DNA of 63,869 bases, filler included, from Rhabdomonas costata (taxonomy: Eukaryota), in the NCBI GenBank assembly GCA_019059605.1. It is 16 parts of 16 records of this genome, joined end to end, with 100 filler letters (N's around TTAATTAATTAA, not from the genome) between each part and the next. Parts side by side here need not be neighbours in the genome. Positions count along the whole stretch, not along the records: positions 47,868 to 51,735 come from JAHMHO010000468.1; positions 51,836 to 55,943 come from JAHMHO010000469.1; positions 56,044 to 59,900 come from JAHMHO010000470.1; positions 60,001 to 63,869 come from JAHMHO010000471.1; 12 more parts are not named here. The stretch is one strand, 5' to 3'. Within the stretch, counting starts at the first letter, position 1. Each line of letters opens with the position of its first letter. This document shows, in pieces, positions 49,057 through 61,700 of this stretch. The notes under the pieces are model-generated. The model had not been told where the DNA came from. It searched no databases and saw only the letters and a program-made list of their open reading frames with translations. The position numbers and the translations under genes are program-made.

Positions 49057-51300
49057 CTAACTCGCGGAACACTGTGTACCATTGCTCGAGGATTGGGGAA
49101 GAGTCCGGTAAAAGTAGCGAGAGGACATAGAGACCTCTAAAAGAAAATCCGACCATAACTGGGATTTGAAATAAATGAGGACCTGTGCCTTCACGGCCTC
49201 CGTCACCAGCACAGGTACCCCAATGGCTCGGCACCCCACCTTCTGCAGAGCAAGGGCCTCGCTGACCGCCTCCCCGATCAATGCAAACCAGCTCAGCTCG
49301 GTGCTCCTAACTCTTCCGTACCTCACAGGCGATCGAGCTATACCCACTCGGAGTCGCGCAGACTTGCAGTTCACCGGATACGGGTTATCCAGCACAGAGG
49401 GCGTCGGAGTGAGCGATGCACACAGCCCGAGAAGAGGATTCCCCAATTGCGCAGTCCCTTCGGTGGTGGAAACCTCTGGTGAAGGGGAACGCACACGAAA
49501 GCACCTTGAGGACGTCCATTCGGAAACAACGGCAAGGGCGCAACTCACCGCGCGGTGCTCGGGGTGGTCGCAGCTCCGAGGGACGTTCCACAGCGCGAAC
49601 GCCGAGTCCCCGAAGACTTTGTCCAAAACCCCATGACACTTGCTTACTTGCTCGTGGACAAGGCTAATGAAGCGACTGTGCACGCAGGTACTCTGTGGAA
49701 AGAAAGCGATCTGACAAGTCAGGATCGAGGGTAGTGCTCGTGCCAATTGAAAGAGAGAAAAACTAAAAAGTTAACAACATGCACATCTATCACAGGGGGT
49801 TAAAGTTTTCCTGGGACAAGGGAAAAGTTAGTCAAGCAGCTGACAGGTGTCCACGCTATCCGAGAAACCCGAGAGAACCAATGTGCAAGCCCGCTGAAGG
49901 TTGCTAAGTGCTATTCGGAACGAGATTTTAGGGGGCCTTCTTCTACTAGGCTTCGGATTTTCTTGTTGGAGGTAAACAGTGTAAACTTGGGCTGTGGTGC
50001 AGCCTGCTATACCTGCCTGGCGACCCTATGGCAAACCCGGAAAACAACTTCCAGACGCACCTGCCTCGGGAGCTCAGTCACTACGACCCCAGAAAGGTCG
50101 AAGCACGCCACCGTGCAAAACGGCAACCGCGATGCTGGGGCTGGACAAAGAGGGCACCGCGAGCCCCAGTCCGGAAGCGGTTGATCCTCCTCACCAACAG
50201 CGATACTCTCAATTCCGGGGAGTGCGTCGGGAAGGCGAGCCTCCGGTATACTCGGAATGGGCTCGGGACAGTCCTTGTCCGCGGCTAGCCGAAGGTTCTG
50301 CTGCCGCTGCACCCAAAGCGTCTCCGGCATGAACTTCCGGTACTCCCGAAGGCAACTACACAGCGTCTCAAAAGACCGCATGAGGTCGTTGAGCTCGCTC
50401 AGCCGGGACTGGGGAAAATTCAGAAGTTCGGTGACCTTCATTCGGCTGAGCAGCTTCATGTCTCGCACGAGCTGCCTCAGGGGATGCGTCAGCAGTCTCA
50501 CCAAAAGCAGCGAGAGTAGGCAGGTTCTGAGAACAGCGTGAACACTGGCTGGAATTCAACAGCCTAGCCAGTAAAACTTCACTGCAATGTGTTGGGCAAC
50601 CATCGAGGCTGGACGGAGAAAAGCGGGGGAGGAGGAGGGGATTGTATCACTGTCATAATTAATGCGAGTGGTCGCAGTGCAAAGCAGCGCGGCGCATTGA
50701 TGTAGGGCGTCATCAGCGTTCCGGTAGGAGTGCGGGATAAAAGAAATGCAGTGGTTAAATGAATGAGACGATGGACTGGATTTCTGTGGAATGGAGTGGA
50801 GCGAACTCACCCATACTGGAATACTGGAGTGGGAAGCATCACTACAGCTGTCAATGGAAGAGGAAGAAAGGCGAAAGGAAGCCCGACAAAGGCAATAACA
50901 TAAATCCCCCTTCCTCGTAAGGTGCTACGCTGCGTTAATATAAGAAACAGAAGTCCCTCCCCAGTGTGATAAGTGTTTGTAACGTCATACTTTCAAACCA
51001 GGCCATTCCTAACCATGTGCGCACCATTCCAGGAAAGGCTACAGAAGGAAGGCGATCCGTCATTTTTACTTTCAGAATCGGACTGGTTCTTGGAATCGAA
51101 AAAATTCTTTCATTTTTCATTTCTAGGTGCGCTCGCAGATCGAAAGCTCCCAGTTCGTACTTGCTTGCTTGATGCACGAGAAGGGCACACCCAGCAATGC
51201 AGCAGGCCACAGTCGTCGTGACAACCTGCACCCCGGAGTACACCTTTTGTATCCACGTCGAGGTGTCCGTGGCTACCACAACGACCCACCGCAGACCCTG
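49057..51300 (-). CDS. Receptor-type class III nucleotidyl-cyclase-like protein (TM-HAMP-cyclase), partial
   Basis: TM helix, then HAMP LTHPLRQLVRDMKLL...SRLSELNDLMRSF...KFMP. Cyclase motifs VACFDLSG, GVLDKVFGD, LRVGI and FALIGEAV. Junctions are GT-AG. Confidence 0.8.
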
Positions 51301-53723
51301 ACCGAGTGTATCAATTCATAACCCGAGAACACCCATCCATGATGTCACATTTTACCACACTGCATAACGTATCAAAAGAGACCATAAGTGTATTTATCCC
51401 CCCCCCCCATAAACCGGCTGTAACCCGCACAAGCATGTTCAAACATAGAATCTAGATCGGAAATCCGCTCCGATGCGGCCCTGGAAATCCGAAAAAAATT
51501 CCCCGGGGAAACGTACACCACCACCTAACCCCCTGCGCTATCAGGAAGGGGCACAAAAGCACTAGTTCACAGCGGATATACAGAGAACGGACTCACTCTG
51601 CTGGGGGGGGGGGGCACTAGCGCCCGAAAAATCCTGCTAAGGCCCAAAAGGTCCAAAATTCTCGGAAAGAGAAAAAAAACCCGTTCTGGTCCAAAATTGA
51701 CAAAAACATCAACCGCGAATTTTCAACAACCAAAANNNNNNNNNNNNNNNNNNNNNNNNNNNNNNNNNNNNNNNNNNNNTTAATTAATTAANNNNNNNNN
51801 NNNNNNNNNNNNNNNNNNNNNNNNNNNNNNNNNNNTGGGGGTTTGAGAAACGACCGAGAGGGTGTGACGGAGTAGCAGGTTGCGACCGAGAGTCGTCGAC
51901 CAAGAGCCCACAGGCTTGGGCAGCTGCGAGGTGTGGTTGCGGCCAGGCTCTACCCGGCCCTCGGCGAAAGCGAGGCCAACCCGGGGGAAAGAAAGTCTCG
52001 TCACCGAGGTGAGTTGACAGCGCTCACAAAGCGAAAGCTTTGTGGGGAGGGACCACGGATGGGAGCGGATCGAGTGGGCTACGCGGGGAAGTCGCAAGAG
52101 CCACGTAATTGGTCCGAGCCTGCTGTGCCGTCTGACATTGCTCTCTTCTCAAAGGCGTGCTCTCGCCACAGTTTTTTCATCCGCATTAAGCCTAAAAGCG
52201 CTAAATTCAAGCGTTTGCGATTCCTTTGAAACGGTCAACTTGGCACGTAACAGCGGCCCCGCTTTTGCAAGCGGAAACAGTCGCACCCCGGAAAGCTTAT
52301 AGATGGCGTCGTGCCGCGCCCCCTTTCTGGCCCGCCCGGGTTGAAAGAGACCGGAAGGGTGGCCCAACATCAGGAACAAGTTCCGCCTCGTTACTTTGTT
52401 TTGGCATTCCTGCTTTCGTTTTGGAAAGGGGCCGGAGGGAAAGTTTGACCTCTGGGGGTAATTGCGCACGTTAAGGATGGGAAAGTGAAGCAATGGTTAA
52501 ACGAGAAACGGAAAAGGGGGGACAGATGGTATGAGGTGGATTGTAAACGTGGGTCTCCGTGGATCTCTTGGGAAGACCAACCAAACGCGGAAATGGGACG
52601 TTCCGTGCGGGGCGGTGTTAAGACCAAGCTGCATCCTGCGAAGTTCTGGAAGGGGAATTTAGCATTGGTCAAATATCAAAACCGTTGCTGACAAAATCAG
52701 AGTACAGTGAACTGCGAATCGGAATTATTTTCTTCGCATGGTAACAAAGGGCGATAAAAACGACGCCGCAAGAGCAAATGCTACTTAAAGGGAGGGATCA
52801 CCTGCGCTTGACACTATGACACTGATGCTGAAATATTCCGCTGAATGTCACGGTTCTCACCGGTTCCTTCACAGTGCAGACAAGAGGCATACTCGAACAC
52901 GTCATGCACCTCCTTCCCGTGAGGACTGCATTCTAGCCACAAACAGAGGGTGTTCACAAACACCTATCTCCGCAAGGTATGTTCGTGTGTGATGACCCAT
53001 ACTCCGTGTATGTGCACTGGAACGGATGTATGTTGGGCTGTACACGTGCCCTTACACAGGGGCCCACACAAGGCAGCCATTCCGCAAGGCAGGCACAGAG
53101 GGCAAGACCCAAAGACACCCCCCTGCCGGAAAGACAGAAACAGAGAAAAGATAGATGCCAGAGAACTTCCGGCAATGGGTTACAAAAACACAGCATAGCA
53201 TGAAAGCAACCCTTTCCTTCCCCATGGCCAGTGTGACCGCCACTATTGTGGTTGCTCGATTCTCATAGTGCCTTGCTTCCCATATAGCGATTACCCGCCA
53301 ATATATCCTCAGACAGAGTGGGGTTTGGGGTTAAGGAGCCTATCACTTCTTTCATGTGTATGCTAAAATGGCTATGATTGCAGTTAGCGAGCGCTCGGTC
53401 GACCCAACTTATCGATGGCTGGGAAGGCTCAAGACTTGGCCTAATTTTAAAGCAGGTGATTTCGATCATTGGAATCCATGCAACTACAACCTCCCTTAAA
53501 GCGATTATCGTGAGACTTCGCTAACTGCAATTCCTTCTTGGGGCATTTCAGGGAGGGTGGTTCACAAGTACATATGCCGATTATGTTTTCCTTGCTCACT
53601 TCGCAGTACTCCCACCCACAGCCGCCGACTCGCTGGCCACGGGGCATCCTCTTTCAGCAAAATGGAAAAGCCAAGCGGCACAAGCAAAGCACGACAAAAA
53701 TACAGAAGCACAGCTCGTCTCAC

Positions 53724-55371
53724 TCAGCTGGAGATGGTAGCCTTAGGCCGTGACGGCCTGAACTCGCACTTTTCGCCATCGCAGTAGGCGTCCTCCTGCT
53801 TAAACTGCGTGGCCTCCTGCTGCTCGGTAGCCCGGGCAACCCAGCTCACCGTGCGCGAGGGCATTTCACAGGGAAGGAGGATTCCCTTAATGCGGGCTAT
53901 CTCCTGACAAAAAGCGGAGCGATGGACTGGACTGGACTGGACTGGGCTGGGCTGGACTGGGCTGGACTGGACTGGACGAACGAAACCGGAATACTTTCGA
54001 GGCCAAGAGAATTCCTGACCTCTTCGTACCAACGTGGATGCCATAATTAATCTTCGTCAAATTTTCTCGTTTCAGTTTTCCGGCAACCGAAGAAGTGCAC
54101 TCTATTCACCCAGCCATGCAAGCAATCCTTTCGAAACCAGAAGCGCAGGTGCACCTCATGATAGCGCTGCTCAGAGATCGCCTCGTAGGGCATTTGCGGG
54201 AACACCCCGTAGTTGTGTTTTGGCAGGAAAGACACCCCCTTCAGAAGAAACTGAAAGTACTGCAAAGCGTGCACGATTTGGGGGCCTTCTTTCTCGGAGA
54301 ATGTCACTGTGGCGGAAACCTGAAAGAAACAACGAAGGACCCCTACGGAATTGAAAGCACTCTAAGTCACTTTTTTGGTCCCCGTCTCGAACTTCAAGCT
54401 GGCGGACTCCTTACGAACGTGTTCAACGGAGTGGTTAGGGCGAGTAGATCCGATGCGCAGTGCAAAGAGAGGCAGTAAGGGCGGTGGTTCGATTCCGAGC
54501 AGGCGATTCTGAAAGGCAATGGGAAGGCGCGTACTAATCTTGGGCTACAAAGTTGCCAATGCACAGTACCTGGTTGTCGGCCCAATGCCTTTGCATAAAG
54601 GCGGCGAGACACAGCTGCTCCCACATGCTGACCTCGCTCACGCTTCTGATGCCCTCACCAACATCAACAGGGACTTCGACAACCACTGAGGCAGAAAAGT
54701 GACTCAAAAGCACGGATCCCAAAAGGGCGACGATGAAAGGAGGCTGTGTTGCGCCACTTTAAAAGCGATGGCCAAAAAGGACAGCCACTCTCGCCTGTAC
54801 GTTCAGGAGGGCTGAGGAACACAGAAATGACACCAAGGTCTCACCTTATCTGAAAAATTTTAGGTCAACAGGTTTTCTTTCCTTCTCATTTTTCCGGTTG
54901 CACAAGCAATAATACCCCACCCGCAAGTTTCGCAAACCAGTGGTGGACTCCGATCCAATGCAGGGCTCCACTTTGTAACCCGACGCCCGCAGCCCGCCCA
55001 GTAGCGGCGAATCTTTGGCCATCCTAAAAAAAAGAGCCGAGCCAGAAGCCAAGCCAAGTCAAGTCGGAAGGGCTAAGTCTTGCGCCCGGAAGCTGCCGCA
55101 CACACCTCACACGGCGGAGGTAAAACCTGGACTCAGGGTAGTGAACTCCAGGAGTTGCCCCCGCAAGCAAGGAGATTGTCCCGGAAGGCTTCACTGAGGT
55201 CAGCTTGATGCTCCGCGGGATCTTCAACCACTCCGAAAGGGCGCAGTCCGTTTTCCGGAGACAAGCGTAGCCATCCTCCAACCACTTCTGAAGGACGTGG
55301 AGTCCCCTCTGCGTGATGAACTGGGCAATGCCGGAGACGCTGGTGCCAATTCGGCGGTTGCGGTACATTAC
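53724..55371 (-). CDS. nrdJ: Adenosylcobalamin-dependent class II ribonucleotide reductase (monomeric RTPR type), last five exons
   Basis: Exons 55371-55106, 55023-54938, 54685-54570, 54319-54155 and 53903-53724 are all GT-AG and in phase. Motifs RNRRIG, SIKLTSVKPSGTISLLAGATPGVH, WADNQVSATVTF, LKGVSFLP, PQMPYE and the C-terminal Cys pair YCDGEKC. Confidence 0.93.
53924..53977. repeat. (GGACT/GGGCT)n pentanucleotide microsatellite in the last RNR intron
   Basis: About 10 tandem units are directly visible. Confidence 0.9.
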
Positions 55372-55898
55372 CTGAACAACACATTTGAGTCCCGGAGAAT
55401 GTCGTACGGTAGAAACCCTAGTCCCATGACCTCCAGGATCCGAAGAAGTATTTATTTGTTTGGTTTCTTTGGGTTGCAAGGCATGGTTTTGGTGGAGGTC
55501 TTTTCAGCTTCCAGCGGGCATTGTCGGGGGTGCGAATCCTCCTCTGCTGCCGCATTAAACCGCGGTTCTAGGGAGTTCCAATCCTCTGTGCCCAGTCTGA
55601 GAGCTCAATAGCCTCTCTTCAACTCTTCTTCTGCCTGGGATCCTAAGGTCATCTTCATACACATCATCATCTTCATATACATGGCCATGCCGCCTTGGCG
55701 CGGTGTTCTACACCGCCACACACACATGAGACTGGTGTCTACCGCCGCACACATACACACACACATGGCGCCTTGGCGCGGTGTGCTGTGGCGTGTCCTT
55801 GTGCTGCACACCTGTTGGTTTATTGGCGCGTTCACGGTGCTGCTGTTCGTGCTGGACAACACGACGGGCATTGGGGTGGGAGTGTGCGCCGTTCCCAT

Positions 55899-55940
<42 letters not shown>

Positions 55941-56043
55941 CCCNNNNNNNNNNNNNNNNNNNNNNNNNNNNNNNNNNNNNNNNNNNNTTAATTAATTAAN
56001 NNNNNNNNNNNNNNNNNNNNNNNNNNNNNNNNNNNNNNNNNNN

Positions 56044-59000
56044 GCCTGCTGCGGGGTCACTCCCAGACTCATTCGGGAAAGCAGGTGGACCAGCTCCCCC
56101 TCATCCACGGTGCCGTCGCTGTTGAGGTCGACGTTAGCCCTGGAGCAAGCAACAATGCCAACAACGGGACAGAGAACCAGAAACCAGAACAATACGTGAG
56201 TGAGTGTTTGTATGAAGCTAAGCGAAGTCGTTAATTAAAACTGTGTAGGGTTTGGTTTCCACCGACCATAAACTGCTAATTATTTTATGGCCTAGCTGCG
56301 CACCCGGCTGCGCCCTTCTGATCTCTGCTTCCTTCGATTACCAATTTACAGCCCAAATGATTCACGAACGATGCGCTTGGCAGTTGGCTAGGTTGTGGCA
56401 CGGGTTTGAATTAAATCAACCAATCATTGGGGTTTCTGCAACCTTAGATGTGACCAAGACGCACGACGAACTCGCAGGGTTCGCAGCGTTTCTGCTGCTA
56501 AGTCCTCTGACAATTACCTTTTTGTGGCCAAAAACAACAATGCAAAACGTTTAGAATAAGATGGTGCAGCTTTGAAAAAGCGTTATAGGCACAAAAAAAC
56601 ACCGAAAAAAATAAAGAAGGAAACCCGCTTTAGCTCTGACGTAAGGCGCACACGAGGAACTATCAGCGGAGATACCTGATCTGTGCCAAGCTAAGGTCCG
56701 CCTTGAGGAAGGCGTCGTGCAGGGACCGGCGGATCCCGTTCTTCCAGGAGGCGAACTTGTCATCACAGTCGAACTTCGTCCTATCCACGAGCTGTTGTCC
56801 GAGACAGACACAACAACAGAGAGTGGAAGAAAGGGAGAAGAGGAGGCAATGCTCTCCAAGGTGGTAGGGTTTCAAGATTGCGTCCCCCTCACTTAAACAA
56901 TACGTCTCCCTTTACTAGAAATGGCTTTTATTGGATTGAATGGCTCGAACCCCCCTTTCTCCTGTCCCAGGGGACATGCATCACCTTCTAATCCCAAACA
57001 ACAATGCAGCAGAGTGGCCCGGAGACGTATTCTTGAGAGGGGGTATCGCTTGAGAGCGCCGGTCAAGGAAAAACGAGGATACCCTGAAAGTTTACTGAAG
57101 AGATTTGAGAAAGACTAAATATGACTCCCCACGAGCCCACACGTGGAAGTTGGCAGAATGGCAATGAAGAGCATGGGGTGACGCACCTGCTTGTAGTCCA
57201 CCATCCCGTCCGCGGTGAGCTGGATAAGGCGAGACTGGTACCTCTCCTGCGCAAACGGTGCGGGGGTGCGGGGTGAGGGAGGAACAGCTACAAAATACAG
57301 CAAAAAACGGGATAGAGGATTCACCCACCAGCTCGCAGGCAGAACTTAGGGCATCAGCACACGACATAGACATCATTAACCTTCTTATTACCGGGAGGGG
57401 AAGCAAGGCCCACCGACGGTGGACCCGAAGTTACCAAAAACACTGATACATGGAGACACAGTCAGCATGACATAATCAGAGCTGGAGCACCAACAGAGCC
57501 AACACGACTGAAGCGCAAAGCAAGGAGAAAAAAAGGTTTATTGTTTTGTGACGAGCTCCATCAATTCCTTCAGTGGATCATGGCAACGTGAACAAGGAAG
57601 CATTCACAGTTAAAAGTTTCTATAATGTCCAGTGTTTTATGTCTGACAAAGCACCCCGGAAAGAATGGAAAGTGGAAGGCTCAGACAAAAAAGGAAAAGT
57701 GCAAAATTGCATCAATGAAAGCCAGCGCAGATGCGTTTCAGAGCTGCAGCAAATGAAAAGGCGGCCATTCCGAACAAGGCCGATGATCAGTGGAGTCAAT
57801 GAAGGGGTAGTCCGTGAGTAGAGTGAGGCGAAGTTGTGCGAACAAACCCAGGGAAGGGTGACCCGCAGGACGTTCGTCATAGCGTTCTGCCACTGCGTCA
57901 CGGTGACCTTCCCGGTGCCCGCGGTGTCGACCTTGTTGAGGTACCAGTAGATGTCGTGGCGGTTCTCCGCGACCTTCTCCAGAATCTGCCGCACGATCTT
58001 CTCCTCGGCATTCAGCGCGGCCTGGCTGCGGATCTCCGCACCCGAGATGGGGGGCTGGGTGGCCTCCCATTGCAGGAACTGGTCCAGAGGCGGGGCGTAG
58101 TACTCCTTGAAGGTGTAGTGCCCGGGATCCGCAAAGATCGCCACGGCCGCCTGAAACCCAACCAAAATGGAAAAGAAAAACAGCGGATGGGGCCTAACGA
58201 AAGGTCACAACCTGACACCAGCGGCTCGGGCCCGTCAGATTTGATACGGGTGGAGGACTTAAAGCCCTGCAATGAGAGGGGGCTCAAGCTCAACAGAATC
58301 AAGTTGAAGTTGTTATTGCCCGACAAGCTTTAATGAACGGCAAAGATAGCTTAAAACGAACAAAGGTTGCTGTCGCTGCAGTCGATGCTCAGTGCCATAG
58401 AAAAGAAAGAAAAGCAGCGAATAGGGATTGCTTAACGGAAGGTCACAACCTAGCGCCTCCACCGCGGCTCAGGTCAGAGTTAATACTTCGAAGCCCGAAG
58501 CCCGGCGCTTGTGCTCAGATGGATGCTGTCGCCGCACGACAGGTTTGAACTGGTATTATGGCAAACGATAGCAGCAGGTTTTCAGGTCAATTAATGGTAG
58601 CAAGTGCCCGACTGAACAACTTGTGAGTTAGGAAGGTGGGCGGGCAGTGACATCTGAGACCTGATTTCCCGTGGAGCCGCAGTAGTTCGACGCACTGAAG
58701 ACGGTAACCACGCGGTTCTCGTGGTGGAGCTGGTATCTGTGCACAATTTATCGGGGGCGGAGAGTAGGATACGGCTCCAAAATCCTTTGACTTCATAGCA
58801 AAGCATTTCCGCTTGAAGAACAAAGGGCGAAGCCGTACGATGCAATTTGGCGACGCCTTGCCCAGGAGAAAGAGAACAGATATTCCTCTTCATACAGTTC
58901 TAAAATACCGCGGAAATATTCTGTCTTATGCAACGTCTGCTTTGAAGAAAAAACCAGTGCCGACCATTCCGCGACCACCATTAGCATTTACCTAAGCGAA

Positions 59001-59270
59001 AAAAAAGGGCATTAAAAACAAGTGCAACTACGTGCAAAAGAATGAGTGGGCAGGTGTGTGTGGGGGGGAAGCTGGTGAGAGGGGGCGTTGCAACCCGTGG
59101 GTGCCCTCGGGCACCTCGTGCGACCGCACCACCATCCGCAGCCCGTTCTCCTGCAAAAAGCCCCGGGTGATGTCCGGGCCAAAGGCCATGCTGAGGGGCC
59201 CACGGTCGCTGGCGGACATCCCGGGCGTGGGCCTGGGGTCGTTCCACAGCAGGTCCATCATAAGGTACTC
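56044..59270 (-). CDS. PPEF: Ser/Thr protein phosphatase with EF-hands (PPEF/RdgC family), partial
   Basis: PPP motifs DLLWNDP, FGPDIT, VVRSHE and VVTVFSASNY, then EF-hand region KVDTAGTGKV...LPW and DLNSDGTVDEGE. Six exons with GT-AG junctions. Confidence 0.88.
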
Positions 59271-61399
59271 CTGAAAAGTCACAGGCAGGGTGGAGGGGTG
59301 TGGGGTGTCATTTTCGGCATGTTCGGGAGGTGCTGGTTGAAATACCGGGATGATATGAGGACATCGGGAACGGCGCGGATGGCCCACGACTTCCACAACC
59401 CTCCGAAATGAATAGGACATTGTGAGAAAAAAAGAGGAGCAGGCAACCAAAGGCAAAGGGCATTTAAAGACGCCAACGGTAGTCCGAGACACTGGGGGCG
59501 CATCCCAAAAGGTTTAGTCATCGGCCTAATTCACGAGCAATTGAGCATCACTGCAAACAAGCCAGCCACCGCGGGCCGTGCGACACGAATACGCAAATGA
59601 GGAGGATGCAAGGACAGGGAACAAAAGAGGGGAAGATTCCTTTTCAAGGGCACCTTCAGAAGCGTTTACTGAAAACTGGCGATAATGGGCAGATGACATC
59701 CTGAGAGTTCCCGGATGGCTTGGCACACCGTTTGTGTCCGGGGATTCCCGGGCGCTGCCTCCTCCGGCGGAATTTCGCGAAGGTGCTGAATGAAAGCAAA
59801 CAAAAGGGTTTCGTTATTATTTCATTTTTTTGCTTGCCCGATAGGCGCCAGTTGGTTTCAAGACAAAGTGTGCCGGAATCACTTGCAGGACAACCACAAA
59901 NNNNNNNNNNNNNNNNNNNNNNNNNNNNNNNNNNNNNNNNNNNNTTAATTAATTAANNNNNNNNNNNNNNNNNNNNNNNNNNNNNNNNNNNNNNNNNNNN
60001 CGTGAGCAATAGTTAGTGGTACGCATGTCTGTAATCAACACACAACTACAGCTTACTGTTTACTATTGGAACTGACCGCGACCATCCTTCATGAAGCTCC
60101 ATGGCTCTGCAAAGCCAAGCTCCTGGATGTTATTTAATTGATTTCACAATTACTCAATTTTTCCGTGAATATTCTGTGCAGCCTCTTTGCTGGTACATAA
60201 CTGATATGCCTCAAATCAATGCATTAGTCCGTATTCCTTGAATTGAGTAACACTTCAGGAACTGAAGCTGTAATTCTTAATTACTTGATTACTTGATTAC
60301 TAATCTTGCTGTAAATACTTCCACGTTTAAAATTGTTGCTGTAAGCTTCTTGTGCAACTGTTATCTCTACAAACTGAATCTCTGGACCAAAGTCTAACTT
60401 GTAATAGACCACGATGCTCCAGATTCCATTAATGACATAAATTGGATGTTCCAAATCAACAAAGGCAATAGCACTAGTGGTTGAGTTGGATGTTTTGCTC
60501 CCAAGAACGCAACACTATCTCTCTCGCGCTTTTATGTAATGGAAACACAAACAGCATGGCATGAGGTTACTTCCCAAATTAGAATTCTTCCCACTGCTGT
60601 ATTTGCCAATAGCTAAAGACTAATATGAAAACTCATCTACTAACACGCTTCACAAGAAAAGCTGTGTGCAATACGTTGACTCGGTGTATTTTCATGCTCA
60701 AGTTGTATTTTTCAAATACTAGGCGAGTGCGACAATCTGAATATCAATCAGATTTCTCTTTTGTAACCCAACACTACCAATTTTCAACTCTTTTTCATCG
60801 AGTGGGTGGTTTCTTACGATCGCTAATTAAGCGTCTGTTCTATTATCTCTGCACAAAACTTCCCGCAATTCCTTCTGATAAATACGATTCATGTACAAAA
60901 TCACTTCTGCCATCTTCTTCCACTGACTCCAGAAGAATGACTGAGCCACGAGTTCGCTTTCGGTTGAGAATCAAACTTCTGCCCCTTATTATCCTCTTTG
61001 ATTACGCTTCCAGATCGAAACTTGGGTTTTCCTCTGGGCATTAAAAATTACTAGAAATTCCGCAATATACAAAGAACCTGGATGTAACCAGAGGCTTCGA
61101 GCTTGAAATTGAAAAAATGATTTTTAAATGCTCTTCAATCCCCGTAAAATTGGCTTGGGGTTTGAGTCGTCTAGTATTCTCTCTTTTTGAGCTAGTGATT
61201 TCTGGGCATTACACTTTAAGTTTTAATTCCAATTTAATTTTGTGACGGTAGTAGTTACCTTTGTCCTCTTGTATGTCAATATTATTCTGACTTGAATCTG
61301 CCTTATTATGGTGTTATAAAAAATCATCGATATAGAACCGTTTCTGGTAGCTCATAAGACCCAACATATTGTGTATAACATCACTGTTGAATCTGTTGA

Positions 61400-61700
61400 T
61401 TGACACTATGCACTCAGCTGTATAGACATCATGAATTCCGTAATCACCAAAAACGTGGTGTACATATATTGTTGTCAAAGTTTGATTTCATGACATCAAA
61501 CTCGTATCCACCTCTGGTTACCACGTGGTGGTACTTAGCTCCAGCTATGAATCTGGAAGATCTCCACATGGGATTTTGTTACTCTACGCTCAGCATTTGC
61601 TGATATGTTTATTGGTTCTTATAGCGTCCTATACGCTGAACTAGAGTACGGAGACATTCTGTTACAAGCACGTAGTAATCAAATGTTTGGATAATCTACA
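61400..61700 (+). pseudogene. Possible heavily decayed CMGC-type protein kinase remnant
   Basis: YPPLVTTWWYLAPA resembles yTxxVvTxWYRAPE, followed in other frames by AFADMF and NQMF. Stops and frameshifts throughout. Confidence 0.25.

Noticed and set aside
51836-53700. Possible RNA gene or coding region downstream of the RNR
   Set aside because: I could not recognise any rRNA, tRNA, spliced-leader or protein motif.
58736-59110. Apparent non-canonical intron after SHEVPEG in PPEF
   Set aside because: A canonical donor a few codons later (CAC GG|GT) restores the frame: VPEGTHG|YQLHHENR.
3945-59956. TTAATTAATTAA recurring every ~4 kb, superficially like a repeat array or CRISPR
   Set aside because: Always embedded in N-runs. 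It is an artificial all-frame-stop contig linker.
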